DNA of 64,000 nucleotides, taken from an uncultured Alphaproteobacteria bacterium (GTDB taxonomy: Bacteria > Pseudomonadota > Alphaproteobacteria > Methylaequorales > Methylaequoraceae). The notes beneath the pieces were generated by a model. The model saw only the letters and a list, made by a program, of their open reading frames with translations. It was not told the origin of the DNA and ran no database searches. Positions 47,450 to 56,673 of this stretch are shown here, piece by piece (the stretch's first letter is position 1; the number at the start of each line of letters is the position of its first letter). The stretch covers positions 39,627 through 103,626 of the forward strand of contig CACAYF010000001.1 in the NCBI GenBank assembly GCA_902536655.1, in the 5' to 3' direction. The position numbers and the translations under genes are program-made.

Positions 47450-48250
47450 TTATACTATAACTGTCTGATTTTCATCAACAATGTTTTCTTTATTACTGTT
47501 ATTTTTATTAACATTGTCTTCTTTTTTGTCTTTTTCAACCTCTTCTACAAGTGGTTTTGGTAGTTTTGAAAATTTAAATTTTGACTTTGGATCTAACTTT
47601 CTGATGGTTTTTTGAGCTTCATCAATTGATTTAGACAAAATTTTTATACAAAAAACTTTTCCTTCTAGCATTGAAAAACTATAAAGAAGGTTTAATTGGG
47701 CTTTATAACAGTAAATTGAAGTAAGTAACCAGCCAAGAAAAAAAATATAAATATTAACTGATATTGATACTGCCATAATTGCTGTAAACAGTAGCAAAAT
47801 CCACCATTTTTGCGAATAAGCTAGCCAGAATGGAGGAAAAATACCTGCTGATAGCGAGTTTGCATTTTCGATTACCTCGTAATTTCTGTAAACGTCTCTC
47901 ATTCCAATAAATTCCTTTAGTTCGTTAAGATCATGTATTTCTTCCGATAAGTAAACAGATTTTATTTTACTGGTTTCCTCAGCAGTGGTTGTGACAAATT
48001 TGCAACCTAAACTATTTTCTACTAATAAATTAAAAAATGTATCATCTCTCAAAACTGTGAGCATAGATTTTTGACTACTTTTTTTTAATTCTTTTAAATC
48101 AGCAGTTAACTGTTTTTCACCAAAAGTATAAATTTGGTTGTCTAGTGCAACGATTATATCATCAGGCTTCAAAAAGTTGTTTGCAGCGTGACTTCCACTA
48201 TTTATTTTATTAATTTTTAAAAGAAAGTTTCCTTCTTGCTTTTCAGACAT
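47450..48250 (-). CDS. hypothetical membrane protein with PDZ-like N-terminal segment
   Basis: GSHAANNFLKPDDIIVALDNQ resembles a PDZ carboxylate-binding region; 3-4 TMs follow. Confidence 0.3.
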   Translation of the reverse strand: MSEKQEGNFLLKINKINSGSHAANNFLKPDDIIVALDNQIYTFGEKQLTADLKELKKSSQKSMLTVLRDDTFFNLLVENSLGCKFVTTTAEETSKIKSVYLSEEIHDLNELKEFIGMRDVYRNYEVIENANSLSAGIFPPFWLAYSQKWWILLLFTAIMAVSISVNIYIFFLGWLLTSIYCYKAQLNLLYSFSMLEGKVFCIKILSKSIDEAQKTIRKLDPKSKFKFSKLPKPLVEEVEKDKKEDNVNKNNSNKENIVDENQTVIV

Positions 48251-48257
48251 TATTTTA

Positions 48258-48983
48258 TTATGGGAAAGTTATACTTTCTTTTTGATCAGTTATTTCTTTT
48301 ACTAATTGCTTATTTTGACTAGAAATCGCTTCCAGTGCTGCATTCAGTGATGATGTACTATTAGAAAGTTCTTTAAGAAGTTTTACGTTCTGGTTCTTTT
48401 TATTATCTTTTAATAGTTTTCCAATCTCTTTATTAACACTTGCAGACGTCACAACTCCTGACTCTTGAATAGACTTATTTAACTTGTCCGCTTCGTTTTT
48501 AATTGATTTAGAAAGTCCTGATGATAAATTTGTAATTTCTTTAGATAAATTAACCATTAGTTTTTTATCATTTGAATTAATTGCGCTGGAAAGCTCTTCA
48601 AGTTTAACTTTCATCTCTTCGCTGGCATTTAATAAATCAGTATGTCTAGCTAAACTTTGATTCATGTTATCTACCGCTTTATTAACATTTTCAACATTTT
48701 CAGCAAAAACAACCAAAGCTTCTCTACTAGTGCTTGTCATGTCTTCTAGTTCTGAAAGTGACTTAAAATATAGAAGTCCAGTTAAAAGAATTGCCACTAT
48801 AGCAGTAGCAATTGAACTTGAAAAAATGATGGTTGTATATTTGTGAATTTCTTTCATTTTTTGCTCCGTCTTTAAGTATTCGTTTTTAATTCTTTTGTAT
48901 TCTGAAGTCACATCGGTGGCTGCGTCAGCCGCATCCAACGCTATTTTTATGCTTTCCTGCATTGCATTAAGTTGTTGAGTCAT
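48258..48983 (-). CDS. single-pass membrane coiled-coil protein, hypothetical
   Basis: TM at ~residue 50; long heptad-like S/N/K-rich region. Confidence 0.3.
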   Translation of the reverse strand: MTQQLNAMQESIKIALDAADAATDVTSEYKRIKNEYLKTEQKMKEIHKYTTIIFSSSIATAIVAILLTGLLYFKSLSELEDMTSTSREALVVFAENVENVNKAVDNMNQSLARHTDLLNASEEMKVKLEELSSAINSNDKKLMVNLSKEITNLSSGLSKSIKNEADKLNKSIQESGVVTSASVNKEIGKLLKDNKKNQNVKLLKELSNSTSSLNAALEAISSQNKQLVKEITDQKESITFP

Positions 48984-49180
48984 GCAATTCTTCCTTTATT
49001 AAATATTTTAACACTTTTTTGTTTTTTTTGAAATAGTGCACAATCTGTGCCAGAAACTTTCTTTATTTCTAAATATGGATTATTTTTTGAAATTACACCA
49101 AATGCTTTACAACCATATGGAAAGTTTTTCTTATAGGTCACATAAAAATGCGCGCAGTTATTACAATTATTTTGGTTCAT
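48980..49180 (-). CDS. small Cys4 zinc-ribbon-like protein (66 aa)
   Basis: C-x2-C ... C ... C arrangement. Confidence 0.25.
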   Translation of the reverse strand: MNQNNCNNCAHFYVTYKKNFPYGCKAFGVISKNNPYLEIKKVSGTDCALFQKKQKSVKIFNKGRIA

Positions 49181-49409
49181 TTTTCGTTAGATCTCTTATT
49201 TTATAATATAGTTTTGCAATTTGGAACCTCAACGCACCACAAAAAGAAGTAAAAGCACAAAACCAAAGAAATAAAGCAAGCAAAAAATTTTTTTCTTCGA
49301 ACACTTCAATGGCCTTAAAGTGGCATATTAATGAGCTGTAAAAAAAAGCAAGAGTAACTATTAGTTGTGAAATATTTCTATTGATCATTTTTTCTTCCAA
49401 ACTCGTCAA
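49167..49409 (-). CDS. small two-TM membrane protein (80 aa)
   Basis: Immediately downstream of flhB, overlapping it. Confidence 0.2.
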   Translation of the reverse strand: MTSLEEKMINRNISQLIVTLAFFYSSLICHFKAIEVFEEKNFLLALFLWFCAFTSFCGALRFQIAKLYYKIRDLTKNEPK

Positions 49410-50529
49410 AAATCATATCTTCAGGAATCTCTATCTCTGGTTTCTCAATTTCTTCTCCATTATCTATTTTATAAATATATGCTAAGGCAATAGCAACAGC
49501 ATTGTAAAGCTTACTCATAATTTCATCACCAATTTCAGATGTATAGTATATTGCTCTTGCCAGTTTAGGACTTTGCATTGTACCAATCTTAAGTTCTTTT
49601 CCTTTCTTAATTATGGATTCAGCAATTTTACCCCTTCCTTTGGATATAATTATAGGTGCTTTTGCGTCCCCAACCTCATATTTAAGAGCTACAGCAAAGT
49701 GTGTTGGGTTTGTAATTATTGCAGTAGCTTCTTTAAGGTTATCAACAGACGATGCTTCTTTTCTACTTTTTGTTGCAGCTTCGGCTTGAAGTTTTCTTAT
49801 TTTTTGTTTGACTTCAGGTTGTCCGTCAGTCTCTTTGTATTCGTCTTTGAGGTCTTGATGAGACATTCTAAGTTGCTTAATATAATCATACTTTTGATAA
49901 ACCACATCTATAAAAGCTATAAATGCGAGAACGATAAGGAGATATGCAATTATTTCTGGAAAAAAAGAAAAAAGTCTATTTACTGCAGAAAAAATATTAG
50001 CAGTTGTTAAGTTGACTAAATCAGATAAATTATTTTCAATCAGAAAAAAAGCTACTAGACCAAGAAGACTGACTTTTAATATAGCTTTTACTAATTCTAC
50101 TAATCCCTTAAGTGAGAATATTCTTTTTAACCCTTTTATAGGATTCATTTTTTCAAACTTCCAGTAAATTGACTTTAAGGAGAAGTTTATTCCACCGATT
50201 AAAAACTGCGTTAGTACACTTACTACCAATAGTGGTATTGAAAAAATTAAAAATACTTGAATGAAAAATTTTACAACCACAGCAACAGATTCAAGAGGAG
50301 ACTTTCCAGAGGTTAGTTCCGGACCAAAAGAAAATAGAGATTTACAAATTTTTAAAAAATCGTCTAATAGAATTGGTGCAAGATAAAATAGTAACACTCC
50401 CATGAACATTGAACTAAAAACAAAAGCTTCTTTTGAAGACAGAACTTTCCCATCCTCTTTTGCTTTTTCAAGCCTTCGGGCCGTGGGTTCCTGGGTTTTT
50501 TCTTGACTTTCGTCTTTGTCTTCAGCCAT
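49378..50529 (-). CDS. flhB: Flagellar export apparatus protein FlhB
   Basis: 4 TMs plus a cytoplasmic domain with the NPTH autocleavage motif (AIITNPTHFAVALKY). Confidence 0.85.
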   Translation of the reverse strand: MAEDKDESQEKTQEPTARRLEKAKEDGKVLSSKEAFVFSSMFMGVLLFYLAPILLDDFLKICKSLFSFGPELTSGKSPLESVAVVVKFFIQVFLIFSIPLLVVSVLTQFLIGGINFSLKSIYWKFEKMNPIKGLKRIFSLKGLVELVKAILKVSLLGLVAFFLIENNLSDLVNLTTANIFSAVNRLFSFFPEIIAYLLIVLAFIAFIDVVYQKYDYIKQLRMSHQDLKDEYKETDGQPEVKQKIRKLQAEAATKSRKEASSVDNLKEATAIITNPTHFAVALKYEVGDAKAPIIISKGRGKIAESIIKKGKELKIGTMQSPKLARAIYYTSEIGDEIMSKLYNAVAIALAYIYKIDNGEEIEKPEIEIPEDMIFDEFGRKNDQ

Positions 50530-50543
50530 TAAATTATATCCTT

Positions 50544-51359
50544 TTAATTAATGAGTATATTTTCTATCGACTCTAAAGAACTTTTGGTAAGCTCTGCAAA
50601 TGCATTTCCTATAGATTGAGAAGCTAAATACATTATGAAGAAAGCTAGAATCATAGTCACTGGGAATGCAAACGAAAACATATTTAATTGAGGAGCTGCT
50701 CTTGTTATAATTCCTATTGCAATGTTTGTTAGTAAAAGTGCTCCAACAACTGGAAGCATTATCAATCCACCTGTGTAAAACATAGCACTAGCAGCTTCTA
50801 TACCCAAACCGACAAGACCAAATGGTGGTATTCCGTCATTAATATTAAAAATTTCAAAGCTTTTAAACAAAAATTCAATCGCAATTAAATGTCCATTTAA
50901 CGATAAAAAAATAGTAATCAAGAATAAGTCTAAAATTAGACTAATTACAGGTGTTTGTCCGCCTGTATCTGGATCAACCATTTGGGAAAAACCTAATCCA
51001 GTAGTAGCTGCTATTTTCTCTCCAGCCAAACTTGCTGCCGCAAACCATATTGTTAGTGTTAAACCCAATGATAATCCAATCAAAGCTTCTGCAATTACTA
51101 CAATAACAAGGTTATCAAGAATTTGTTCTGATATTTGAATATCAGAGAGATACCCAAAATAAAAAAATGAAATCACTAAAGAAAAAATTATTTTTACATT
51201 CAAAGGAATGACTCTTGAACCAAAAAAAGGGCTTGATATGAAAAATGCTGATAATCTTATCGAACATAAAAAGAATTTAAATAAGTACTCAATAAGAGAG
51301 TTTAATTCGAGTCCTGGTAAGGCATCCATAGGACTGTAAAAAGGTAATGGAATAAACAT
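50544..51359 (-). CDS. fliR: Flagellar export apparatus protein FliR
   Basis: Polytopic; position and size. Confidence 0.75.
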   Translation of the reverse strand: MFIPLPFYSPMDALPGLELNSLIEYLFKFFLCSIRLSAFFISSPFFGSRVIPLNVKIIFSLVISFFYFGYLSDIQISEQILDNLVIVVIAEALIGLSLGLTLTIWFAAASLAGEKIAATTGLGFSQMVDPDTGGQTPVISLILDLFLITIFLSLNGHLIAIEFLFKSFEIFNINDGIPPFGLVGLGIEAASAMFYTGGLIMLPVVGALLLTNIAIGIITRAAPQLNMFSFAFPVTMILAFFIMYLASQSIGNAFAELTKSSLESIENILIN

Positions 51360-51625
51360 TAATTTATTCCTGAAATTGTATCAAAAATAAATTGAAAATA
51401 ATCAGTTAAACTTACTAAAAGAAAATTAGCTAAGAAGCCTATTGCAAAGATAACTATGACAATTTTTGGAACAAAACTAAGTGTCATTTCCTGGATTGAA
51501 GTAGCTGCTTGTATAATTCCAATAACCAAGCCAATAGCAAGAGCCGCACCCAGAAATGGACCACTAGAAATCAAAACTTGGTAAAAAGCTAATCTTATCA
51601 TTTCAACATTTTGATCAAATCCCAT
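51359..51625 (-). CDS. fliQ: Flagellar export apparatus protein FliQ
   Basis: 88 aa, 2 TM, FliQ-like sequence. Confidence 0.8.
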   Translation of the reverse strand: MGFDQNVEMIRLAFYQVLISSGPFLGAALAIGLVIGIIQAATSIQEMTLSFVPKIVIVIFAIGFLANFLLVSLTDYFQFIFDTISGIN

Positions 51626-51651
51626 TACCGATTACTCCTAAAACACTAAAT

Positions 51652-52398
51652 TCACGAGAACGTTCCAACCAGAGACCCCACAGTCATTGACCAACCATCA
51701 ACCAAAACAAAAAGGAGTAGTTTAAAGGGTAGGGCAATTAACATTGGAGATAACATCATCATACCAAGTGACATCAAAACAGATGCTACGACCATATCAA
51801 TTACCAAAAAAGGTAAAAAAAGCAAAAAGCCAATCTGAAATGCAGTTTTTAATTCACTCGTAATATATGCTGGCAAAACAATGTAAAAAGGAATTTGAGA
51901 ACTATTTTCAAACTTTCCCTCATTTGCCATTTCAGCGAACATCAATAAGTCATTCTTTCGTGTATTTTTAACCATGAATTTTTTTAACTCACCCCCGCCA
52001 CTTTCAACTGCCTCAGATAAATTCATTTCTCCATTATTATAAGGTTCGGAAACATCAGAGTAAATTTTATTAAAGGTGGGAGCCATTACAAAAAAAGTAA
52101 GAAATAAGGATATAGCAACTAAAATTTGGTTAGGCGGTGTTTGCTGTGTGCCAAGAGCTTGTCTTAAAATAGACATAACAATTATAATTCTTGTAAAAGC
52201 AGTCATTCCTAAAACGAGTGAAGGCAGAATTGTTAAAGCTGTCATCAACGCTAAAATTTTAAGAGACAAAGAATATGTTTTTGTACCATTTTCTGACTCA
52301 GTAATAGTTAATGCTTCTAATCCGTCAGGAGCCATTTGAGAAAACCCAAAAAATGGAAAAAGAATAATAATTAAAAACAAAAAATTAATTTTTTTCAT
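51652..52398 (-). CDS. fliP: Flagellar export apparatus protein FliP
   Basis: Signal peptide; LTALTILPSLVLGMTAFTRIIIV...ALGTQQTPP FliP signature. Confidence 0.85.
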   Translation of the reverse strand: MKKINFLFLIIILFPFFGFSQMAPDGLEALTITESENGTKTYSLSLKILALMTALTILPSLVLGMTAFTRIIIVMSILRQALGTQQTPPNQILVAISLFLTFFVMAPTFNKIYSDVSEPYNNGEMNLSEAVESGGGELKKFMVKNTRKNDLLMFAEMANEGKFENSSQIPFYIVLPAYITSELKTAFQIGFLLFLPFLVIDMVVASVLMSLGMMMLSPMLIALPFKLLLFVLVDGWSMTVGSLVGTFS

Positions 52399-52711
52399 TT
52401 CTTAGCCTATTTTCAAATACTTTCTCAAGATTGTTACCTTTAAGACTGTTGTTTTTTATTTCTGTCAATAAAGAACCTGAATTTTTCCCAGAAATAAAAA
52501 GATAATCTTTATTATCTAAATTTAAGATTAAAGCTCTATCACCCTGTCCCAGTAGGGTAACTTCAGATACTTTCATTCTTTTCTTTGAATTTATGGTTCT
52601 TGAGATTATGTGTTTGTTCTTTTTTATATAATACAAGCCTACAAAAAGCAGAGCTAAAAATCCTAACACGAGTAAATAGTTTGATAAACTTGGACCTACA
52701 TATTCTGTCAT
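52385..52711 (-). CDS. fliO: FliO-like small single-TM protein
   Basis: Position between fliN and fliP; N-terminal TM. Confidence 0.5.
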   Translation of the reverse strand: MTEYVGPSLSNYLLVLGFLALLFVGLYYIKKNKHIISRTINSKKRMKVSEVTLLGQGDRALILNLDNKDYLFISGKNSGSLLTEIKNNSLKGNNLEKVFENRLRNEKN

Positions 52712-52744
52712 TTTCCCCTCTTGATTAGTTTATACAAGAGAGAT

Positions 52745-52759
52745 GCAAAAACCTTGCCG
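52745..52759 (-). promoter_or_regulatory. Candidate internal sigma-54 promoter in the 127-bp fliN-fliO gap
   Basis: Minus strand CGGCAAG-GTTT-TTGC, ~22 nt upstream of the fliO start. Confidence 0.35.
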
Positions 52760-52838
52760 AAACAATAGTATTCGCTTTAAGTAACTGATTTAATTGATGA
52801 ATTATTGATTGAAAAAGAAGATGTCAATTTGCTGACAA

Positions 52839-53240
52839 TTATAAGTTTTCAATTAGTTCTTCTGGGGTAGCAACTTCAGTAAACCTTATACCAAATTTTT
52901 CACCAACCATAACAACTTCGCCTTTAGCAATTTTTGTCCCATTTGCTAAAATATCTAAGGCGTCTCCAGCTAATCTGTCAAGTTCAACAACAGATCCTTC
53001 ATTTAATCTTAGCAAATCTTTGATTTTAATTTCAGTATTTCCAACTTCAACGGTGAGTTTTACTTCGATGTTCTCCAAAAGTCTTAAATTACTTACTGCT
53101 GCAGCATTTTTATCTGAAGTCTTTGAGGATTCTGTCTCAGATTTATTAGCTTGGTTTTCAGCTGAGCCTTCAGGTGCCTTAGTTTCTTCCTGAGCTTGTT
53201 CGGTCTGATTTTTATCTTTTTCTGCTGTTTCTGCATTCAT
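52839..53240 (-). CDS. fliN: Flagellar motor switch protein FliN
   Basis: C-terminal SpoA domain LDRLAGDALDILANGTKIAKGEVVMVGEKFGIRFTEV. Confidence 0.8.
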   Translation of the reverse strand: MNAETAEKDKNQTEQAQEETKAPEGSAENQANKSETESSKTSDKNAAAVSNLRLLENIEVKLTVEVGNTEIKIKDLLRLNEGSVVELDRLAGDALDILANGTKIAKGEVVMVGEKFGIRFTEVATPEELIENL

Positions 53241-53251
53241 AATTTTTCTCC

Positions 53252-54229
53252 TTAATTATTTCGTGTAGCAAGCTTTACTGAAGCATTGCCGTTTAGTTCT
53301 CCCATTTCAGCCTTAAAGTATTTTTGATTTTCAACATAAAAATCCACTTTATCCTCTAAATTTACGTTTAATGTATCTCCTGCCTTCATTCTAAGCAATT
53401 TAGACATTGAGACAACCGGTTCGCATAAATTACTTTTGACTAATAAGGGAATTTCTAATATTGCTTTTTCTAACTTATCCCGCCACGTCATGTTAGATTC
53501 GACTACATCAGATTGAACTCTAGATCTCAGTAAAGATGAAACTGGTTTAAGTGTTTGAAGTGGATACACTACATCAAAAGACATTGAGTCAATATTAGGT
53601 AACTGCATTACAAATGAACATACTATAACTAAATCTGTAGATTCTACAAAAGCAGCAAACTGGGGATTTTGCTCTCTACTTTGAAATTTGATTGAAATAG
53701 GCGTTAAATCTTTCCAACATTGTTCAAGAACCTGGGAGATTCCATTATTTATGACTTCGATTATTTTTTCTTCGGTTGCAGTAAATTCGGTTCTTTCAGC
53801 ATCATTAACCTCCAATTTTCCTCCATATCTACTACTGGTACAAAGACTAACAAAAGATGGTGGCAAAACAGTCAGCATGGAACCTCTTAACTCGTCAATT
53901 CTACTGTTTGTTAAACTCATAAATGCATCTAAACCAGAACTGTATTCTTCGAACGATTTAACTTCTGGGGGAAACGAACTTATTCTAGGTTGAACCCTTA
54001 GCAAAGGGAGAAATACTCCTCTAACTGTTCTTGCGAACCTCTCGTTTATAAGTCTTAAAGCGTAATAATCTCCTAAAAGTGAAAGATCATCTGAGCCGAA
54101 ATTAAATTTTTTGTACTCAATCGCAGTCCCATCTTTAACAGTAGTTGATGCACTTAAATCGCCCGATTTAAGTCCATCCATCAACGCGTTGACTTCTTCA
54201 GTAGATAATTTCCTTGATGGTTCAGACAT
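53252..54229 (-). CDS. fliM: Flagellar motor switch protein FliM
   Basis: N-terminal LSTEEVNALMDG (CheY-binding-like) and FliM middle domain. Confidence 0.8.
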   Translation of the reverse strand: MSEPSRKLSTEEVNALMDGLKSGDLSASTTVKDGTAIEYKKFNFGSDDLSLLGDYYALRLINERFARTVRGVFLPLLRVQPRISSFPPEVKSFEEYSSGLDAFMSLTNSRIDELRGSMLTVLPPSFVSLCTSSRYGGKLEVNDAERTEFTATEEKIIEVINNGISQVLEQCWKDLTPISIKFQSREQNPQFAAFVESTDLVIVCSFVMQLPNIDSMSFDVVYPLQTLKPVSSLLRSRVQSDVVESNMTWRDKLEKAILEIPLLVKSNLCEPVVSMSKLLRMKAGDTLNVNLEDKVDFYVENQKYFKAEMGELNGNASVKLATRNN

Positions 54230-54241
54230 AATTTTTATTTC

Positions 54242-54874
54242 CTATTGTACTACAAATGAGGTAAAATGTACATTTTCTATTCCACCAAAACCTTCAACTT
54301 TCACAAGAACCTCATTAATTCCATCTCTCAATGATTCAGCTAAGTTATTTTTACCCTCTTTACCGGCAATATCTTCAGAAGAAAATTCGGACATGATGGT
54401 TAATATTTCTGATCTAAGAGCAAGCTGATGACTCTCCACATTTACCATTACTTGTTCGTCATATTGAGTTGAAACTCCAACTGAGAGTTGAAGAAACTTT
54501 TTTGAGCCCTTTAAATTAGCTGTGAAATTTCCAGGAAATTCATAATACGTTGTAGTAAAGATTTCTTCTTCAGGTGTGATCTTTGGAATCTTCTTTGGAC
54601 CTGCAGGACAGTTGCCTTCTTCGTCTTTTTCTTCTTCCGCGCATTCAGCAGCAGCTTCATCAATAGTTTCTTCATCTTCATTTTTTGATGGTTCAGGATT
54701 TTCTTTTTTTTCAATAATTTGAGATATCTCAGCTGATGGATCTGTATCTTCTCCCCCACCCATAAAAATTCCAACTCCAATACCTGTTCCTAAAAGAACT
54801 ATGCCACCTACAATCATCAAAATTAATTTTAAGGGTGACTTCTTTTCATTTTCTTGATTATTCTCTTCTGCCAT
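54242..54874 (-). CDS. fliL: Flagellar basal body-associated protein FliL
   Basis: N-terminal TM (LKLILMIVGGIVLLGTGIGVGIF); size and position. Confidence 0.65.
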   Translation of the reverse strand: MAEENNQENEKKSPLKLILMIVGGIVLLGTGIGVGIFMGGGEDTDPSAEISQIIEKKENPEPSKNEDEETIDEAAAECAEEEKDEEGNCPAGPKKIPKITPEEEIFTTTYYEFPGNFTANLKGSKKFLQLSVGVSTQYDEQVMVNVESHQLALRSEILTIMSEFSSEDIAGKEGKNNLAESLRDGINEVLVKVEGFGGIENVHFTSFVVQ

Positions 54875-54901
54875 GATTCTCTCCTTAATATTTTAAATTA
54901 A

Positions 54902-56212
54902 TTAGGCATTCACATCAATATTATGATTACTAATTTTTTGATTTTTATTTTCAACATTTTTTTTATTCTTTTTAGAAATCTCATTGCTCGACAATAAATT
55001 TTCTCTTTCATTTTTTTGGTTAAAATAATTACTGTTGTTGTTTTCATTATTCATATTGCTTGAGAAACTTTTACTTTCTTTATCAATTGATTCTAAAAGT
55101 TTTGGAAGGTTGTCATTAAGAAGACTTACAACATCTTGATTCTCTGAACCAATGTTAACGGTTGTTACACTATTTTTTACAGAAACCTCCAAGTTTAATT
55201 TTCCTAAATTTTTGGGTTTAACCTGAATTTCTAATTTGTTTACACCATTATTAACTGCATTTTTAACAATTCTTGAGAATTTTTCGCCCCAGCTACTCTC
55301 TAATAAATCTAAAAAGATTTGTCCTTTATTGTGCATCTGATTGTCTTTAGTTTCCGGAGTTTTTGAAAAATCTTTATTGCTGATTTCTCTTTTTTGACCT
55401 ATTTGATTTTCTCTTGTTTTCTTCACAATTTGAGAAAAATTAGTATTATTTCTATTCTCCATTTTGACTTGTTTTGCAAGAAGGTCGTTTTGTTCGATTT
55501 CATCTTTTGCTGAAACTTTAAATTGTTTATTTTTTTTGTTTATTTTCTTGTTAATAATCGCAGTTTCAAAATTTGAATTCTTGGCTTTGTAATTAAATTC
55601 ATTTTGCTGCTTCAATACTTTACTATCAATTTGACTTTTATTTTCTGTAAAATATTTTGGATCGTGTTCATTTTTCTTAATTTTTTTTGAAGATGTAGGA
55701 TCTTTAATTATATTTATAACAATTTTTTTTGAATTATCATTTTTAAACGCTAAATCAGAATCATTAGAATCCAATTTATTCTCAACAGCTATTTTTTTTC
55801 CCCCTGTTATAAAATTTTTATTTAATAATGATTTTGGATTTTGATTTAAACTGTTTGGATTAGCATTTTTTGTTTGGTCCAAAGGTTCGACTATACCAAT
55901 TTCTTTATAAAATACCTCTATTAGTGATTTTGCAGTCTCATATTCAGAATCTGTGACCACTAATTTATTTTTCTGCTCGGAAGTTACTTTTAACAAACTA
56001 TTTTCAGAGATATTTTTACTTACATTCAAAAATTCTTCGGTATCAGTTTTTTGTAAGACTACATCTTTCAGCAAATTTTTATTTTCAGGATCTAGACTAT
56101 TTGTATTTATTAGTGCAAAGAGTTCAGCAAATAGCTCATTTGTTTTTTCAGAATGTAAAGTTGAGTTTACGAAATTTATGTTTTTGCTAGTATCATTTTT
56201 AATTGCAACCAT
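54902..56212 (-). CDS. fliK: Flagellar hook-length control protein FliK-like
   Basis: Low-complexity N/K-rich body; C-terminal Flg_hook-like region LEIQVKPKNLGKLNLEVSVKNSVTTVNIGSEN...; position between fliJ and fliL. Confidence 0.5.
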   Translation of the reverse strand: MVAIKNDTSKNINFVNSTLHSEKTNELFAELFALINTNSLDPENKNLLKDVVLQKTDTEEFLNVSKNISENSLLKVTSEQKNKLVVTDSEYETAKSLIEVFYKEIGIVEPLDQTKNANPNSLNQNPKSLLNKNFITGGKKIAVENKLDSNDSDLAFKNDNSKKIVINIIKDPTSSKKIKKNEHDPKYFTENKSQIDSKVLKQQNEFNYKAKNSNFETAIINKKINKKNKQFKVSAKDEIEQNDLLAKQVKMENRNNTNFSQIVKKTRENQIGQKREISNKDFSKTPETKDNQMHNKGQIFLDLLESSWGEKFSRIVKNAVNNGVNKLEIQVKPKNLGKLNLEVSVKNSVTTVNIGSENQDVVSLLNDNLPKLLESIDKESKSFSSNMNNENNNSNYFNQKNERENLLSSNEISKKNKKNVENKNQKISNHNIDVNA

Positions 56213-56255
56213 ATCTGCCCCTTGTTAAAGCAAATGTGCAATTATAATGCCACTA

Positions 56256-56669
56256 TTAAAGAGAAACTGAATTTTTAGGTTTGAAATAATTTTCTTTTTT
56301 TAATTCTTTTACTTTATCTTCTTGAATTTTAATAAATTTCTTTTTTTCACTTATTTTTTCTTTTTGTTTTTCAATTTTTACTATTTCTTTGAGATTATTA
56401 GTAATTTCGTCTAACACATGATTTTCTCTATTTTTTGAAACCTCAAGTTTATTTATTAAATTGCTAGTAAAAGATGCTTTGAATTTTAAATCTGAACCTG
56501 AAAGTTCACCAGATTCCTCTACGGCGCTTTGATTTAACATTTCATTCAACGTTTCTTTTACAAAATCTAACCTTTTTTTTTCATCATTTAGTGTAGATAA
56601 ATTGTTAAGCAACTTATTTTTCTTTAATTTTTTAAGAGTTAAAAAAATATCATATTTATTTTTTCTCAT
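56256..56669 (-). CDS. fliJ: Flagellar export chaperone FliJ-like coiled-coil protein
   Basis: 137 aa coiled coil immediately downstream of fliI. Confidence 0.5.
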   Translation of the reverse strand: MRKNKYDIFLTLKKLKKNKLLNNLSTLNDEKKRLDFVKETLNEMLNQSAVEESGELSGSDLKFKASFTSNLINKLEVSKNRENHVLDEITNNLKEIVKIEKQKEKISEKKKFIKIQEDKVKELKKENYFKPKNSVSL

Positions 56670-56673
56670 GTCA

